Source: Eubacteriales bacterium (lineage in GTDB: Bacteria; Bacillota; Clostridia; Oscillospirales; CAG-272). Taken from it: a stretch of 58,002 bases of DNA. Position 1 is the first letter of the stretch. Each line of letters starts with the position of its first letter. Positions 9,793-18,957 of the stretch are shown piece after piece. Below the pieces are notes generated by a model. That model was not told the origin of the DNA. It did not search any database and worked only from the letters and a program-made list of their open reading frames with translations. Location of the stretch: assembly GCA_045653105.1 (NCBI GenBank), contig JAZOLL010000060.1:1-58002 (forward strand), in the 5' to 3' direction. The position numbers and the translations under genes are program-made.

Positions 9793-9842
9793 AGAACGCC
9801 CTCGCTTTCATACGACACGAAAAAATTTAAATCTATTTGCTC

Positions 9843-11120
9843 TTATGATAACTCCGATAACTCCTTCGACTTAAACGATACCGTACCCACAGCGATCAAC
9901 GCAAAAAGCATTCCTCCGGAGAAAAATACCGTTATCGCCGAGCCGTCGTTCAAAGAAATAAAGAACAACAAAAACATTCCCAGCAATCCGCGATTTAACT
10001 TGGGATCATTATCTTTCATAAAGGCATCAGCCAAGGATATAACAACACACAAAAAGATCGAGATCAAAAGCATTCCCGGCAATCCCATGTTTGAATAAGC
10101 GTCTGCCATAAAGCCTGTATTTGTCCACATTTCAGGCTTATTAAAATAGACTTCTCCGATCAAATTAGGGATATCTTGCGCGTACGCGCTCTCAAGTCCC
10201 AAAACCGATCCGATGGTTGTTTGTGAAAAGTACGCAAAGTTATGCTCGGAAAAATAATCAAAATAAGAATATTTGATTTTTGCAGGGAGGAAAAGAACTC
10301 TCTCATTGATCAATGCGTAAGGATATATCTCGTCGAAAAGCACATACAGCAAGCTACACAAAATACATACTATCGGTATAGCGCACAGCATCAGCTTGTT
10401 TATATCCAACTTGTGGAAAAATGACAGCGCAATAACCACGAGCGGAATAAACAAAAACGTTTTGAATCCCGTAACACTATAGGTGTACAGCTGCACTATC
10501 AAAACCAACCCAAAATAAAACCATTTTTTCTTCAAGAAAAGTACCATCATCAGAATAGGGACGAGTATTCGACACACGAAATTCTGAACTATACTCATTA
10601 ATGTTGAAAGCTCTGCATTGTTTCTTATCTCGCTTATAGTCGCAAGCGATAACAGATTGAAATTGGGCATTCCGTATTTAGCGAAAGCATATATAAAATA
10701 CGCCATTAGCGCCAGAACGGCAAAAAGACTCACTATTTTTGCGGAATAAGGTACTTTTCTAATGTTAAGCTCCGAAAACAAGCGCATTTTATTCATGATC
10801 ACGTGCATAATCAACAACATCGCTACCTGCGATATCAGCATCCAGGTCTTTGCTTCTGGGTTGTACTCATAATACACGAATGCCGGCGTTAGTCCCAGAC
10901 ACATCGTTGTATATAAGAACAGTGTTCGACAATTAATTGTTTCGCTGGAAATACATGCCGCTACAATAATAAACAGTAACCAGCTAATGATTTTCTTAGA
11001 TATACTGGGTTCAAAGCCAAAGCCATAATACCCAAACAGATCTTTGTGAAGATATACATAGGTTAGATCCAAAACTATTTTAAAAATTACAAACCACAGA
11101 GTATCTCTTTTTTTAAACAT
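9843..11120 (-). CDS. wzy: Probable Wzy polysaccharide polymerase
   Basis: 425-aa multi-TM protein with a large loop and ADAYSNMG motif, in a Wzx locus. Confidence 0.6.
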   Translation of the reverse strand: MFKKRDTLWFVIFKIVLDLTYVYLHKDLFGYYGFGFEPSISKKIISWLLFIIVAACISSETINCRTLFLYTTMCLGLTPAFVYYEYNPEAKTWMLISQVAMLLIMHVIMNKMRLFSELNIRKVPYSAKIVSLFAVLALMAYFIYAFAKYGMPNFNLLSLATISEIRNNAELSTLMSIVQNFVCRILVPILMMVLFLKKKWFYFGLVLIVQLYTYSVTGFKTFLFIPLVVIALSFFHKLDINKLMLCAIPIVCILCSLLYVLFDEIYPYALINERVLFLPAKIKYSYFDYFSEHNFAYFSQTTIGSVLGLESAYAQDIPNLIGEVYFNKPEMWTNTGFMADAYSNMGLPGMLLISIFLCVVISLADAFMKDNDPKLNRGLLGMFLLFFISLNDGSAITVFFSGGMLFALIAVGTVSFKSKELSELS

Positions 11121-11934
11121 TGTAATAATTCCTACTCCTCACATGGGAAATCCCTTTTTTTATGATCTTATATATTTTTCCGCGGGTCATTTTTGACTGG
11201 CAAACATAATCCTTGTGCCGAAAAATAAGCAGCAATGCCATAGCCTTGCACAATCTCGGATGTGCAATAGCTAAAAATACGCCCTTATCATAAAAATATT
11301 TTTCCGTATATCCCTCAAACCAAGTTGACTCTCTTTCTTCGGTCAATGATGCCAATGCGTCCGGGACAGCAATGACGTTCAGCTTATATCGAAGGCAAGT
11401 ATTTATAAAGAGTGAGTCTTCACCGCACTGATGGGGTGTTCCGCCACCAAACATAGTGTTAAACAAAATTGCATAATAAGCCAAGCTTTTCCTTCTAAAC
11501 GCAATTCTTGCCGCGCCGTAATTCATATAATTGTGAACGCCTATCTTTTGCGCTTCTTTTACAACACGTCTGCCTTGACTCTCGTTTATGAAGTTAAATA
11601 TTATAACGTCGGCATCAGGATATTGATCAAAGCATTTTCTCACGATATCCTCATAGTCGTCGCAAAAATGCATATCATCGTCAGCTAATACGCAAATATC
11701 GGCTGTAGCACGCTCGATAATACTATTTCTGTTTTTTCCGACACCTCGCAGATCGGTTGATACAATTATTCCGTCATCGTTCTTCTGAACCAAATTATAA
11801 GTTGTTTGATTACCAATTATATAATTGTGTTTAACATTCATTCTGCTCAGCAAGTCTTGATGATCAACTAAATTCATAGTTGTAATAAGAGTCTCAACAC
11901 TTAACTTGCTTTCTTGCTTTTCATGAAAGCTCAT
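11113..11934 (-). CDS. Glycosyltransferase family 2
   Basis: GVGKNRN, ADDD and GED motifs. Confidence 0.85.
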   Translation of the reverse strand: MSFHEKQESKLSVETLITTMNLVDHQDLLSRMNVKHNYIIGNQTTYNLVQKNDDGIIVSTDLRGVGKNRNSIIERATADICVLADDDMHFCDDYEDIVRKCFDQYPDADVIIFNFINESQGRRVVKEAQKIGVHNYMNYGAARIAFRRKSLAYYAILFNTMFGGGTPHQCGEDSLFINTCLRYKLNVIAVPDALASLTEERESTWFEGYTEKYFYDKGVFLAIAHPRLCKAMALLLIFRHKDYVCQSKMTRGKIYKIIKKGISHVRSRNYYNV

Positions 11935-11935
11935 A

Positions 11936-13258
11936 TCACAGTCTCCAATATTTCATTCCACTCTCATCGAGCTCAGACACCTTGTAAAGGCCCTTTACGT
12001 CGATAAGTACCTTTTCCGCATCATCGCAAGCTCTGTAAAGCTTCTTGATATCGTCAAGCGTAAGTGCTTTAAACTCATTGTGGGCAACAGCCGCGATAAC
12101 GCAATCCGCGTCCTTCACATCCTCAAGCTTTGTGAGCGTAACACCGTACTCGTGCATAGCATCTCTTTCACTTGCCCAAGGATCTACAACAACAGGTGTG
12201 ATCTCATACTCATTCAAGCGCTTGATTATATCGTCGACCTTGCTGTTTCTTGTATCGGGACAGTTCTCCTTAAATGTCAAGCCAAGTATAACCACTTTGG
12301 ATTTCTTGGGTGCCTGTCCTACCGCGATCATATTTTTGATCGCCGCGTCTGCCACAAATTTACCCATACTGTCGTTAACGATACGGCCGTTGAGGATGAT
12401 CTGGCTATGGTAGCCAAGCTTTTCTGCCTGATATGTAAAATAGTAAGGATCAACGCCAATGCAGTGACCGCCAACAAGACCGGGGCGGAAGCCAAGTGCG
12501 TTCCACTTTGTATTCATACCGTCAACAACTTCGTTGGTGTCGATATCCATCTTGTCAAATGCCATTGCAAGCTCGTTCATAAACGCAATATTTATGTCGC
12601 GCTGGCTGTTTTCTACAACCTTGACAGCTTCAGCGGTTCTGAGGTTGCTCACAGGATATGTTCCTACCTCTATAACGATATCATATACCGCTTTAATGAT
12701 CTCAAGCGCTTCCGCATCACAGCCGGATACGATCTTCTTGATGTTTTCAAGTCTATGCGCTTTGTCGCCGGGATTGATTCTCTCGGGAGAATAACCAACC
12801 TTAAAATCAACACCGCACTTCAAGCCGGACTCGCGCTCCAGGATCGGGATACATACGTCCTCTGTACAGCCGGGATATACCGTGGATTCAAACACAACGT
12901 AAGAACCCTTTGTCAGGTTTCGTCCGACGATCTCAGACGCGCCGATAACAGGAGAAAGATCGGGTGTGTGGTCGGTATTAACGGGGGTGGGAACCGCAAC
13001 GATGTGGAATTTTGCCTTTTGAAGATCCTTTTCATCGGAAGTAAAATAAACCGTTGTTTCCTTAATAGCCTCGTCGCCGACTTCCTTAGTCGGGTCAACA
13101 CCGTTTTTATACAGATCGATTTTAGCTTTGTTCAAATCAAAGCCAACAACATCAATACCCTTTTTAGCAAATGCTACGGCAATAGGCATACCTACATAGC
13201 CAAGACCGACAAGAGAGAGCTTTTCTTCTTTATTCACAAGTTTAGAATACAAAGACAT
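11936..13258 (-). CDS. UDP-N-acetylhexosamine dehydrogenase (TviB/WbpO-like)
   Basis: GLGYVG, ESTVYPG, SPERINPG, GGHCIGVDP and GLTFKENC motifs. Confidence 0.9.
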   Translation of the reverse strand: MSLYSKLVNKEEKLSLVGLGYVGMPIAVAFAKKGIDVVGFDLNKAKIDLYKNGVDPTKEVGDEAIKETTVYFTSDEKDLQKAKFHIVAVPTPVNTDHTPDLSPVIGASEIVGRNLTKGSYVVFESTVYPGCTEDVCIPILERESGLKCGVDFKVGYSPERINPGDKAHRLENIKKIVSGCDAEALEIIKAVYDIVIEVGTYPVSNLRTAEAVKVVENSQRDINIAFMNELAMAFDKMDIDTNEVVDGMNTKWNALGFRPGLVGGHCIGVDPYYFTYQAEKLGYHSQIILNGRIVNDSMGKFVADAAIKNMIAVGQAPKKSKVVILGLTFKENCPDTRNSKVDDIIKRLNEYEITPVVVDPWASERDAMHEYGVTLTKLEDVKDADCVIAAVAHNEFKALTLDDIKKLYRACDDAEKVLIDVKGLYKVSELDESGMKYWRL

Positions 13259-13278
13259 ATTATCCTCCTAAAATTTGA

Positions 13279-14298
13279 TCAGATTTTTTTGTTGGTGTAA
13301 TTAGCATTTTTAAATTCTTTGGAAAAGAGCTTTGTGATACCTATCATAGATCCCATTCCGTATGCGACGTGGAAGATCGGGAAGAGTATGAACAAAGCCA
13401 AAAACTCTTTTACAGTGGATGCCTGTTTTTCGGAAAACAGCACGTCCAAAATAAAATACAGCGACAATTCCAAGCCTAACAGCATCCAGAATATCGAATG
13501 CAGTATGCCCAAAATTCCAAGTCCGAGAATAGAGGCGACAAACAAAAGCGGGATAAAATGCCTGCTTCCCATCGATCCGGGACACAGCTTCATCGTGATG
13601 ACGTTCCACATGCCGTTTTTTCTCGCCATATCGGATATTCCCTTGATAGAATCTCTGCAATAGTATGAAAGGCGTATATCGTTTGCCAAATATATTTTTC
13701 CGCCGTTTTTTCTTATGCGGAAATTCATTTCGTTATCCTGATTGCGAACCAGTCGTTCGTCATAACCGCCGTATTTAGAAAAGACCTCTCGCTTAAACGC
13801 TCCAAACGGCACGGTATCAACGTATCCGCTCTCTCCATTCGTTCTGAACTGCGAATTGCCAACTCCGAACTTCGATGAAAGCATTTTCGCGATAGCGTTC
13901 CCCATAAATCCGTTAGCCTTTGTTTCTGCAACGCCTCCGACGTTTTCCGCCTCGGTGTTTTCCAAATAGTAAATACACTTGGAAATATAATCTGTCGCAT
14001 AGTCGGCATGAGCATCAAGGCGCACGATATATTTGCCGAGGGAAGCCTCGATACCGATATTCATAGCGTACGGAACTATCTTATGAGGATTGTTGAATAT
14101 TTTTATAAGCTCGGGATATTTGCTTTGGTATTTTTCCAGGATCTCAACCGTTTTATCCTTTGAATTGCCATCAACAAAGATCCACTCCATTTTTTCTGTC
14201 GGATAATCCTGCAGCAGCAAAGACTCAATACACTTTTCAATATATTTTTCTTCGTTGTAAACAGGCATGACCACCGAAACTACAATTTTATCTGTCAT
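13279..14298 (-). CDS. Glycosyltransferase family 2 (ExoA-like)
   Basis: MPVYNEE, RLDAH, DTVPFG and RNQD motifs; C-terminal TM helices. Confidence 0.85.
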   Translation of the reverse strand: MTDKIVVSVVMPVYNEEKYIEKCIESLLLQDYPTEKMEWIFVDGNSKDKTVEILEKYQSKYPELIKIFNNPHKIVPYAMNIGIEASLGKYIVRLDAHADYATDYISKCIYYLENTEAENVGGVAETKANGFMGNAIAKMLSSKFGVGNSQFRTNGESGYVDTVPFGAFKREVFSKYGGYDERLVRNQDNEMNFRIRKNGGKIYLANDIRLSYYCRDSIKGISDMARKNGMWNVITMKLCPGSMGSRHFIPLLFVASILGLGILGILHSIFWMLLGLELSLYFILDVLFSEKQASTVKEFLALFILFPIFHVAYGMGSMIGITKLFSKEFKNANYTNKKI

Positions 14299-15035
14299 AC
14301 ATCCATTTCCTCTTTCTCTTGAGAGACTTCCTCATAATCTCCCTTGTACTCCTTGCCGCACACGGCAAACACCGTCATGAACAGCACCTTTATATCTCCA
14401 AAAAAGCTGAACTGCTCTATGCCCTTGAGGTTATAATACATCTTGCCGGGGAGTATCTTTTCTACGTAGACCTTGTCGGTATCCTCCGCTCCGTCGAGCA
14501 GCTCCGCCTCGTCCTTATAGTAGATGCTGGCAAGGCTTGTAACTCCCGCGGGGAGAAGAAGGGTCGCCATCATTTCCTTTGTGTACTCGGCAACGTATTT
14601 CGGACTTTCGGGGCGCACACCGACAAGTGTTACCGTTCCCCTTATCACGTCAAAGAGCTGCGCTGTCTCGTCAAGTCGGCATTTTCTTATCAGCTTGCCT
14701 ACGCGGGTGATTCGGCTGTCGTTATTGAGTGTGACCTGCGAGCCACGGTCCGCGTTCTGCACCATTGTGCGGAACTTGTGGATGCGAAAGCTCTTGCCGT
14801 ACTGTGTGATCCTCTCCTGTCTGTAAAACACAGGGCCGGGAGAATCTATTTTTATCGCGATAGCCAGTATCAAAAACACGGGCCAGATAATGAGAAGTGC
14901 AAAGATAGATGCAAAAAGATCAAACGCTCTTTTGAAAAAGAGAGCCGCCTTTTTCTTTTTGAGAATATCATAATATTTTCTGACTTCCTCGGTCTGCATC
15001 TCGGGAGGAAGCTGTTCCCATTTTACGATCTTCAC
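14295..15035 (-). CDS. Priming polyprenyl-phosphate sugar-1-P transferase (WcfS/Spr1655-like)
   Basis: KRAFD, KFRTM, RLDE and GVRPE motifs; KWEQLP N-terminus. Confidence 0.9.
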   Translation of the reverse strand: MKIVKWEQLPPEMQTEEVRKYYDILKKKKAALFFKRAFDLFASIFALLIIWPVFLILAIAIKIDSPGPVFYRQERITQYGKSFRIHKFRTMVQNADRGSQVTLNNDSRITRVGKLIRKCRLDETAQLFDVIRGTVTLVGVRPESPKYVAEYTKEMMATLLLPAGVTSLASIYYKDEAELLDGAEDTDKVYVEKILPGKMYYNLKGIEQFSFFGDIKVLFMTVFAVCGKEYKGDYEEVSQEKEEMDV

Positions 15036-15037
15036 TT

Positions 15038-16264
15038 TTATATGTACTCCTTAAGGATCTCTGCGTATTTTTCGCATATATAATCAACGTCCTCGTCGCT
15101 AAGACAAGTGTGAAGCGGCAAGGTGATCTCGTTTGCGTAGTGAGCATACGCGCACGGATAGCTCTCGATATCAAAGCCGAGCTTTTTGTATGCCGTGTGC
15201 ATAGGAAGCGGCTTGTAATGTACGTTACAAGCGATACCCTGCTCTGCCATTTTGATTATTATCTCGCTCCTTTGGTCTGCGGTGATACCGGGGATCCTTG
15301 TCAGATAAAGGTGTCCCGAGGACTCCCACTTGTCGGTGTAGTGATCAAGCGTTTCCACACCGAGAGGTCTGAGCGCTGCGTCGTACTTTTCGATAAGCTC
15401 TTTTCTGCGTGTGAGCATATCGGGGTAGCGCTCAAACTGCTTAAGTCCGATCGCCGCCGCGACGTCTGTCATGTTGCACTTATAATAAGTGCCTACGATA
15501 TCATACTCCCAAGCGCCGAGCTTTGTCTTTGCCAAAGCGTCCTTTGACTGTCCGTGCAGGCTGAGGAGCTGAAGCTTTTTGTAGATCTCATCATTGTCGA
15601 TGCCGGGGATAGTTCTCCAGGTGAGCGCTCCGCCCTCCGCCGTGGTGAGGTTTTTCACCGCGTGGAAGCTGAAACTTGAAAAATCGGCAACAGAGCCTAT
15701 CATTTTGCCCTGCAGCTTCGCGCCGAACGCGTGCGCGGTGTCTGCCATTACGGCAACCCTGCCAAGTGCCTTCTGTATCTCACAGCTCGGCTTGAAAAGA
15801 TGCTTTTTGCGCTCTACTATCTCAAATATTCTGTCATAATCACAAGGTATTCCCGCAAGGTCAACGGGGATTATCGCCTTTGTTCTCTCGGTGATAGCCG
15901 CCTCAAGCGCGTCGTAATCCATCTCAAAGGAATCCTTCTGCGTATCAACGAGCACTATCGTCGCGCCCACGTGCGCGATGACCGAAGCGGATGCCGTATA
16001 GGTGTAAGCCGAGGTTATTACCTCGTCTCCCTCTCCGATGCCCATAACGTGAAGCGCCATTTCCGCGCAAGCGGTCTGCGAGTTGAGGCAGACGCACTTT
16101 TCTGTGCCTACCCACTCCGCGATATTTCTCTCAAGCTGTTTGGTTCTCGGTCCTGTTGTGATCCAACCCGATCTGAGCGCCTCTGCGACCTCGGCGATCT
16201 CAAGCTCACTTATGTCGGGGGGGCTGAATGATATGACTCTTTTGTTTTCGCTCATAATACTCAT
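15038..16264 (-). CDS. DegT/DnrJ/EryC1/StrS sugar aminotransferase (WcfR/Spr1654-like)
   Basis: FSPPDI, GWITTGP, DTAHAFG and FSFHAVKNLTTAEGG motifs. Confidence 0.9.
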   Translation of the reverse strand: MSIMSENKRVISFSPPDISELEIAEVAEALRSGWITTGPRTKQLERNIAEWVGTEKCVCLNSQTACAEMALHVMGIGEGDEVITSAYTYTASASVIAHVGATIVLVDTQKDSFEMDYDALEAAITERTKAIIPVDLAGIPCDYDRIFEIVERKKHLFKPSCEIQKALGRVAVMADTAHAFGAKLQGKMIGSVADFSSFSFHAVKNLTTAEGGALTWRTIPGIDNDEIYKKLQLLSLHGQSKDALAKTKLGAWEYDIVGTYYKCNMTDVAAAIGLKQFERYPDMLTRRKELIEKYDAALRPLGVETLDHYTDKWESSGHLYLTRIPGITADQRSEIIIKMAEQGIACNVHYKPLPMHTAYKKLGFDIESYPCAYAHYANEITLPLHTCLSDEDVDYICEKYAEILKEYI

Positions 16265-16471
16265 TCACTTTCTGTTCTTCCGCCTATAGCGTGTATATTG
16301 TTTTGGTCGATATAACCTGATAAAGCCATGTAATCTTATGCAGGAAAATTTTACTTTTTGCAAAGTTTTCAAGCGGAATATTTTACCTATTCATCAATAA
16401 TAGATAATCAAAAACTCTTTTTATTTTCAAAGTTTGTCGAATTCCACCTATTTTAATTTACATACATAGAC

Positions 16472-16500
16472 ATTATATCACATATCCCCCAAAAAGTCAA
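16472..16500 (-). promoter_or_regulatory. sigma-A promoter of the polysaccharide operon
   Basis: Minus strand TTGACT-N17-TATAAT with extended TG. Confidence 0.7.
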
Positions 16501-16567
16501 TGGGAGGCGGCATTTTAGCTTGATTTGGGGTCTTTTTATACTTTGATATATAAATAGCGCAAAATCA

Positions 16568-16596
16568 TTGCGCCTGACAGGAGAATATGATATAAT
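16568..16596 (+). promoter_or_regulatory. sigma-A promoter (divergent)
   Basis: TTGCGC-N17-TATAAT with extended TG. Confidence 0.55.
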
Positions 16597-16657
16597 ATTT
16601 TTATCCCGATCTCTTTGGGTCGGAATGCAAAAGACGCAAGGTAGGAATTGACCGTTT

Positions 16658-17827
16658 ATGAAAATGATGTTGCGGATCTTGTCCGCGTTTGTACTTATAA
16701 TTCTTCTTTTTTGCTCGGCTTCGGGCTGCTCGCTCTTCCGCTCCCCCGAGCCCGAGCCTATCACAACAACGACAACGACGACAACGGCAACAACGACGAC
16801 AACGGCGACAACGGCAACGCCTCCCCCACCCCGTATGCCCGCGCCCGACAGGGAGCTTATATTCTCGGTGGACAGCGAAAAGGAGATAAAGATCCTCAAG
16901 TTCGCCGACCTACACTTCGGAGTAGAAGGAACTGCTTATCACAATGCTGACATTGAGCGCACGCTGGAGTTTATCGACTACGCGATAACTACCGAAAGCC
17001 CTGATCTTATCGTACTTCTCGGTGACAATATGATGTCGCAGGGCGTCGAGGGGGCGCGCTTTATCGTGGAGACCTTTGACAAGTACAAGATACCCTACAC
17101 CTTCGTTTTCGGCAACCACGACGCGGAGCTCTACGTACCCGATTTCACTAAGCGCGACGTGTCTCTCTACCTTGAGAGCTGCACCTCGCCCTATCTCCTC
17201 TACAAATGCGGATATATTCAGGACGACTCGGAAAACAGATACGGAAATTTCTCGATCTCGATAAGAGACAAGGAAACGAAAAAGCTGCTCGGCGCGTTTG
17301 TAATAATCGACACAGGCGTTTACGATTACTCAAAGGGGTGCTACCAGACGATAACAAAGGAGCAGATAGCTTGGTACAAGGGCGAGATAGAAAAGCTTGA
17401 CGCTATCTACGCGGCAGAGGGCGGCGAAGCCGACACCGTGCCGACGATCACCTACGGACACATACAGCTGCCCGAATATGACGAGGCTTACCGAAAGGCA
17501 CAGAGCGGCGAAGGCGCGGAGTTTATCTACGGCGGACCCTCTCAAAGCGGCGGCGCGCTAATTCAGGCGGTGAGCGAGAAATACGGCGAGGCTGAGCAAA
17601 GCTTTTTCGAGGCGATGAAGGAGATGCAAAGCGCGAAAGCCTACATTTGCGGACATCTGCACGGACGCACCTACCACGTGAGAATGGACGGAATAATCCT
17701 CGGATTTTGCCCGCAGTCAGGTGTGACAAACCCGAACAAAAAGACTATTACGACCTTCTGCTACACGCTGGATAAGAACTTCACCCTCACCCCCAAGCTC
17801 GTCACCGAGCTAAGAGTTGAGGAGTGA
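16658..17827 (+). CDS. Calcineurin-like metallophosphoesterase lipoprotein
   Basis: Lipobox ASGC, Thr/Pro linker, DLH, GD, GNHD and GHLH motifs. Confidence 0.85.
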   Translation: MKMMLRILSAFVLIILLFCSASGCSLFRSPEPEPITTTTTTTTATTTTTATTATPPPPRMPAPDRELIFSVDSEKEIKILKFADLHFGVEGTAYHNADIERTLEFIDYAITTESPDLIVLLGDNMMSQGVEGARFIVETFDKYKIPYTFVFGNHDAELYVPDFTKRDVSLYLESCTSPYLLYKCGYIQDDSENRYGNFSISIRDKETKKLLGAFVIIDTGVYDYSKGCYQTITKEQIAWYKGEIEKLDAIYAAEGGEADTVPTITYGHIQLPEYDEAYRKAQSGEGAEFIYGGPSQSGGALIQAVSEKYGEAEQSFFEAMKEMQSAKAYICGHLHGRTYHVRMDGIILGFCPQSGVTNPNKKTITTFCYTLDKNFTLTPKLVTELRVEE

Positions 17828-17864
17828 GTGGTTAAAAATGAAATTTTGAGAATGAAGAATCAAT

Positions 17865-17892
17865 AAAGCGCAAGGAAATTCCTTGCGCTTTT
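17865..17892 (+). terminator. Intrinsic terminator
   Basis: AAAGCGCAAGG-aaatt-CCTTGCGCTTTT. Confidence 0.75.
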
Positions 17893-17915
17893 ATATTATT
17901 TGACAGCATGCGGAT

Positions 17916-18199
17916 TTCTTTTTAAGGCAGAGAGATTCTTCTCGGCTTTGCCAAGAGCCAAGTTGCTCAAAATCTCCCTTTGCCCTTTGTATGCTTGCAA
18001 CTTGGGGAATTCTTTTTAAGGTAGAGAGATTTGAATCCCGCCACCGTCGCATAGTCGTCTGCCTTCGCCTCGATGCACTCGGCTTGCCACACTCCTTGCT
18101 TTAGGCGGTTTCACTCGTTCAAAAGGATACTCAATCCTTTTGAACTTCGCTACCCGCGCCTTTTTGCTTTGCAAAACGGCGCTCAAAAATTCAAATCTC
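17916..18199. repeat. tRNA-3'-end-like repeats downstream of tRNA-Ser
   Basis: 22-bp direct repeat with 1 mismatch at 17916-17937 and 18010-18031; 11-bp inverted repeat at 18026-18036 and 18189-18199; GAGAGATTTGAA shared with the tRNA T-arm (18260-18271). Confidence 0.6.
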
Positions 18200-18208
18200 G
18201 ACTTCGTG

Positions 18209-18248
18209 AAAAAACAAGGGGTATCCCGATGGGATACCCCTTGTTTTT
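18209..18248 (-). terminator. Terminator after tRNA-Ser
   Basis: AAAAAACAAGGGGTATCCC-gat-GGGATACCCCTTGTTTTTT. Confidence 0.8.
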
Positions 18249-18340
18249 TGGCGGAGAAGGAGAGATTTGAACTCTCGCGCCGGTAAACCCGGCCTACACC
18301 CTTAGCAGGGGCGCCTCTTCGGCCTCTTGAGTACTTCTCC
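18249..18340 (-). tRNA. tRNA-Ser (GCT)
   Basis: Minus strand GGAGAAGTACTCAAGAGG...CT-GCT-AA...long variable arm...GTTCAAATC...CTTCTCCGCCA with encoded CCA. Confidence 0.97.
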
Positions 18341-18373
18341 GTATCGCGGACCGCCGTTTCAGTCCGCTTTGTT

Positions 18374-18402
18374 ATTATAACCCATATTTTTTCTTTTGTC
18401 AA
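18374..18402 (-). promoter_or_regulatory. sigma-A promoter of tRNA-Ser
   Basis: Perfect TTGACA-N17-TATAAT on the minus strand. Confidence 0.85.
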
Positions 18403-18428
18403 GATGTTTTTTCGCTTTTATCTCGATT

Positions 18429-18956
18429 TTACTCGCCTTTATTCGCGCCCCCCTCTGTTTTCTCCTTGAAAACAAAGATCTTACTGATAAAGTAGTTCGA
18501 GATTATCACGATCGCCGCCGCGACCACCTTTGCCCCGATCTCATTTATATTCAGCGTTCTGCCAAGCAGCTCTGCCGAGTTCCATGCGGGGATAAGTCTT
18601 GAAAGTGCCAGCGCGCCAAAGTATGTGACCACGAAATCCACACCGAAGGTGAGAAGTCTGCCCGCCGCAAACTTTGTGAGCTGGGGCAGCATTTTTGCTT
18701 CCTTATCCGCCGCTGTGAAAACCCAAGCGCGATTTGTAAAGTAGGCAAACAGCACCGCCGCTATCCACTGTATCACCTGCGCCGCGGTATATATCGCAAG
18801 GTATTTTCCGCCCGTTGTGACCTCTGCGGGGATCCCAAGCGCCGCCTTGCCAACGAGCAGCACCGCGAAATACACCGCCCAGCCGACGAACGTGGTGAGC
18901 ACGCCAAAGAAAAGATACGAGATGATCTCTCTGTATTTTCTGAAAAGCTCTCTCAT
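18429..18956 (-). CDS. GtrA family membrane protein
   Basis: YLFFGVLTT, FAYFTNR.WVF and NYFISKIFVF motifs. Confidence 0.85.
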   Translation of the reverse strand: MRELFRKYREIISYLFFGVLTTFVGWAVYFAVLLVGKAALGIPAEVTTGGKYLAIYTAAQVIQWIAAVLFAYFTNRAWVFTAADKEAKMLPQLTKFAAGRLLTFGVDFVVTYFGALALSRLIPAWNSAELLGRTLNINEIGAKVVAAAIVIISNYFISKIFVFKEKTEGGANKGE

Positions 18957-18957
18957 A

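Noticed and set aside
16762-16820. ACA/ACG trinucleotide runs (also near 51633 and 54633) as phase-variable repeats
   Set aside because: In-frame, degenerate codons for Thr-rich linkers
17916-18271. Prophage or integrative element at tRNA-Ser
   Set aside because: No integrase or cargo; only ~230 bp between the tRNA and the short duplicated end
18016-18402. 128-aa minus-strand ORF
   Set aside because: Overlaps tRNA-Ser, its promoter and its terminator
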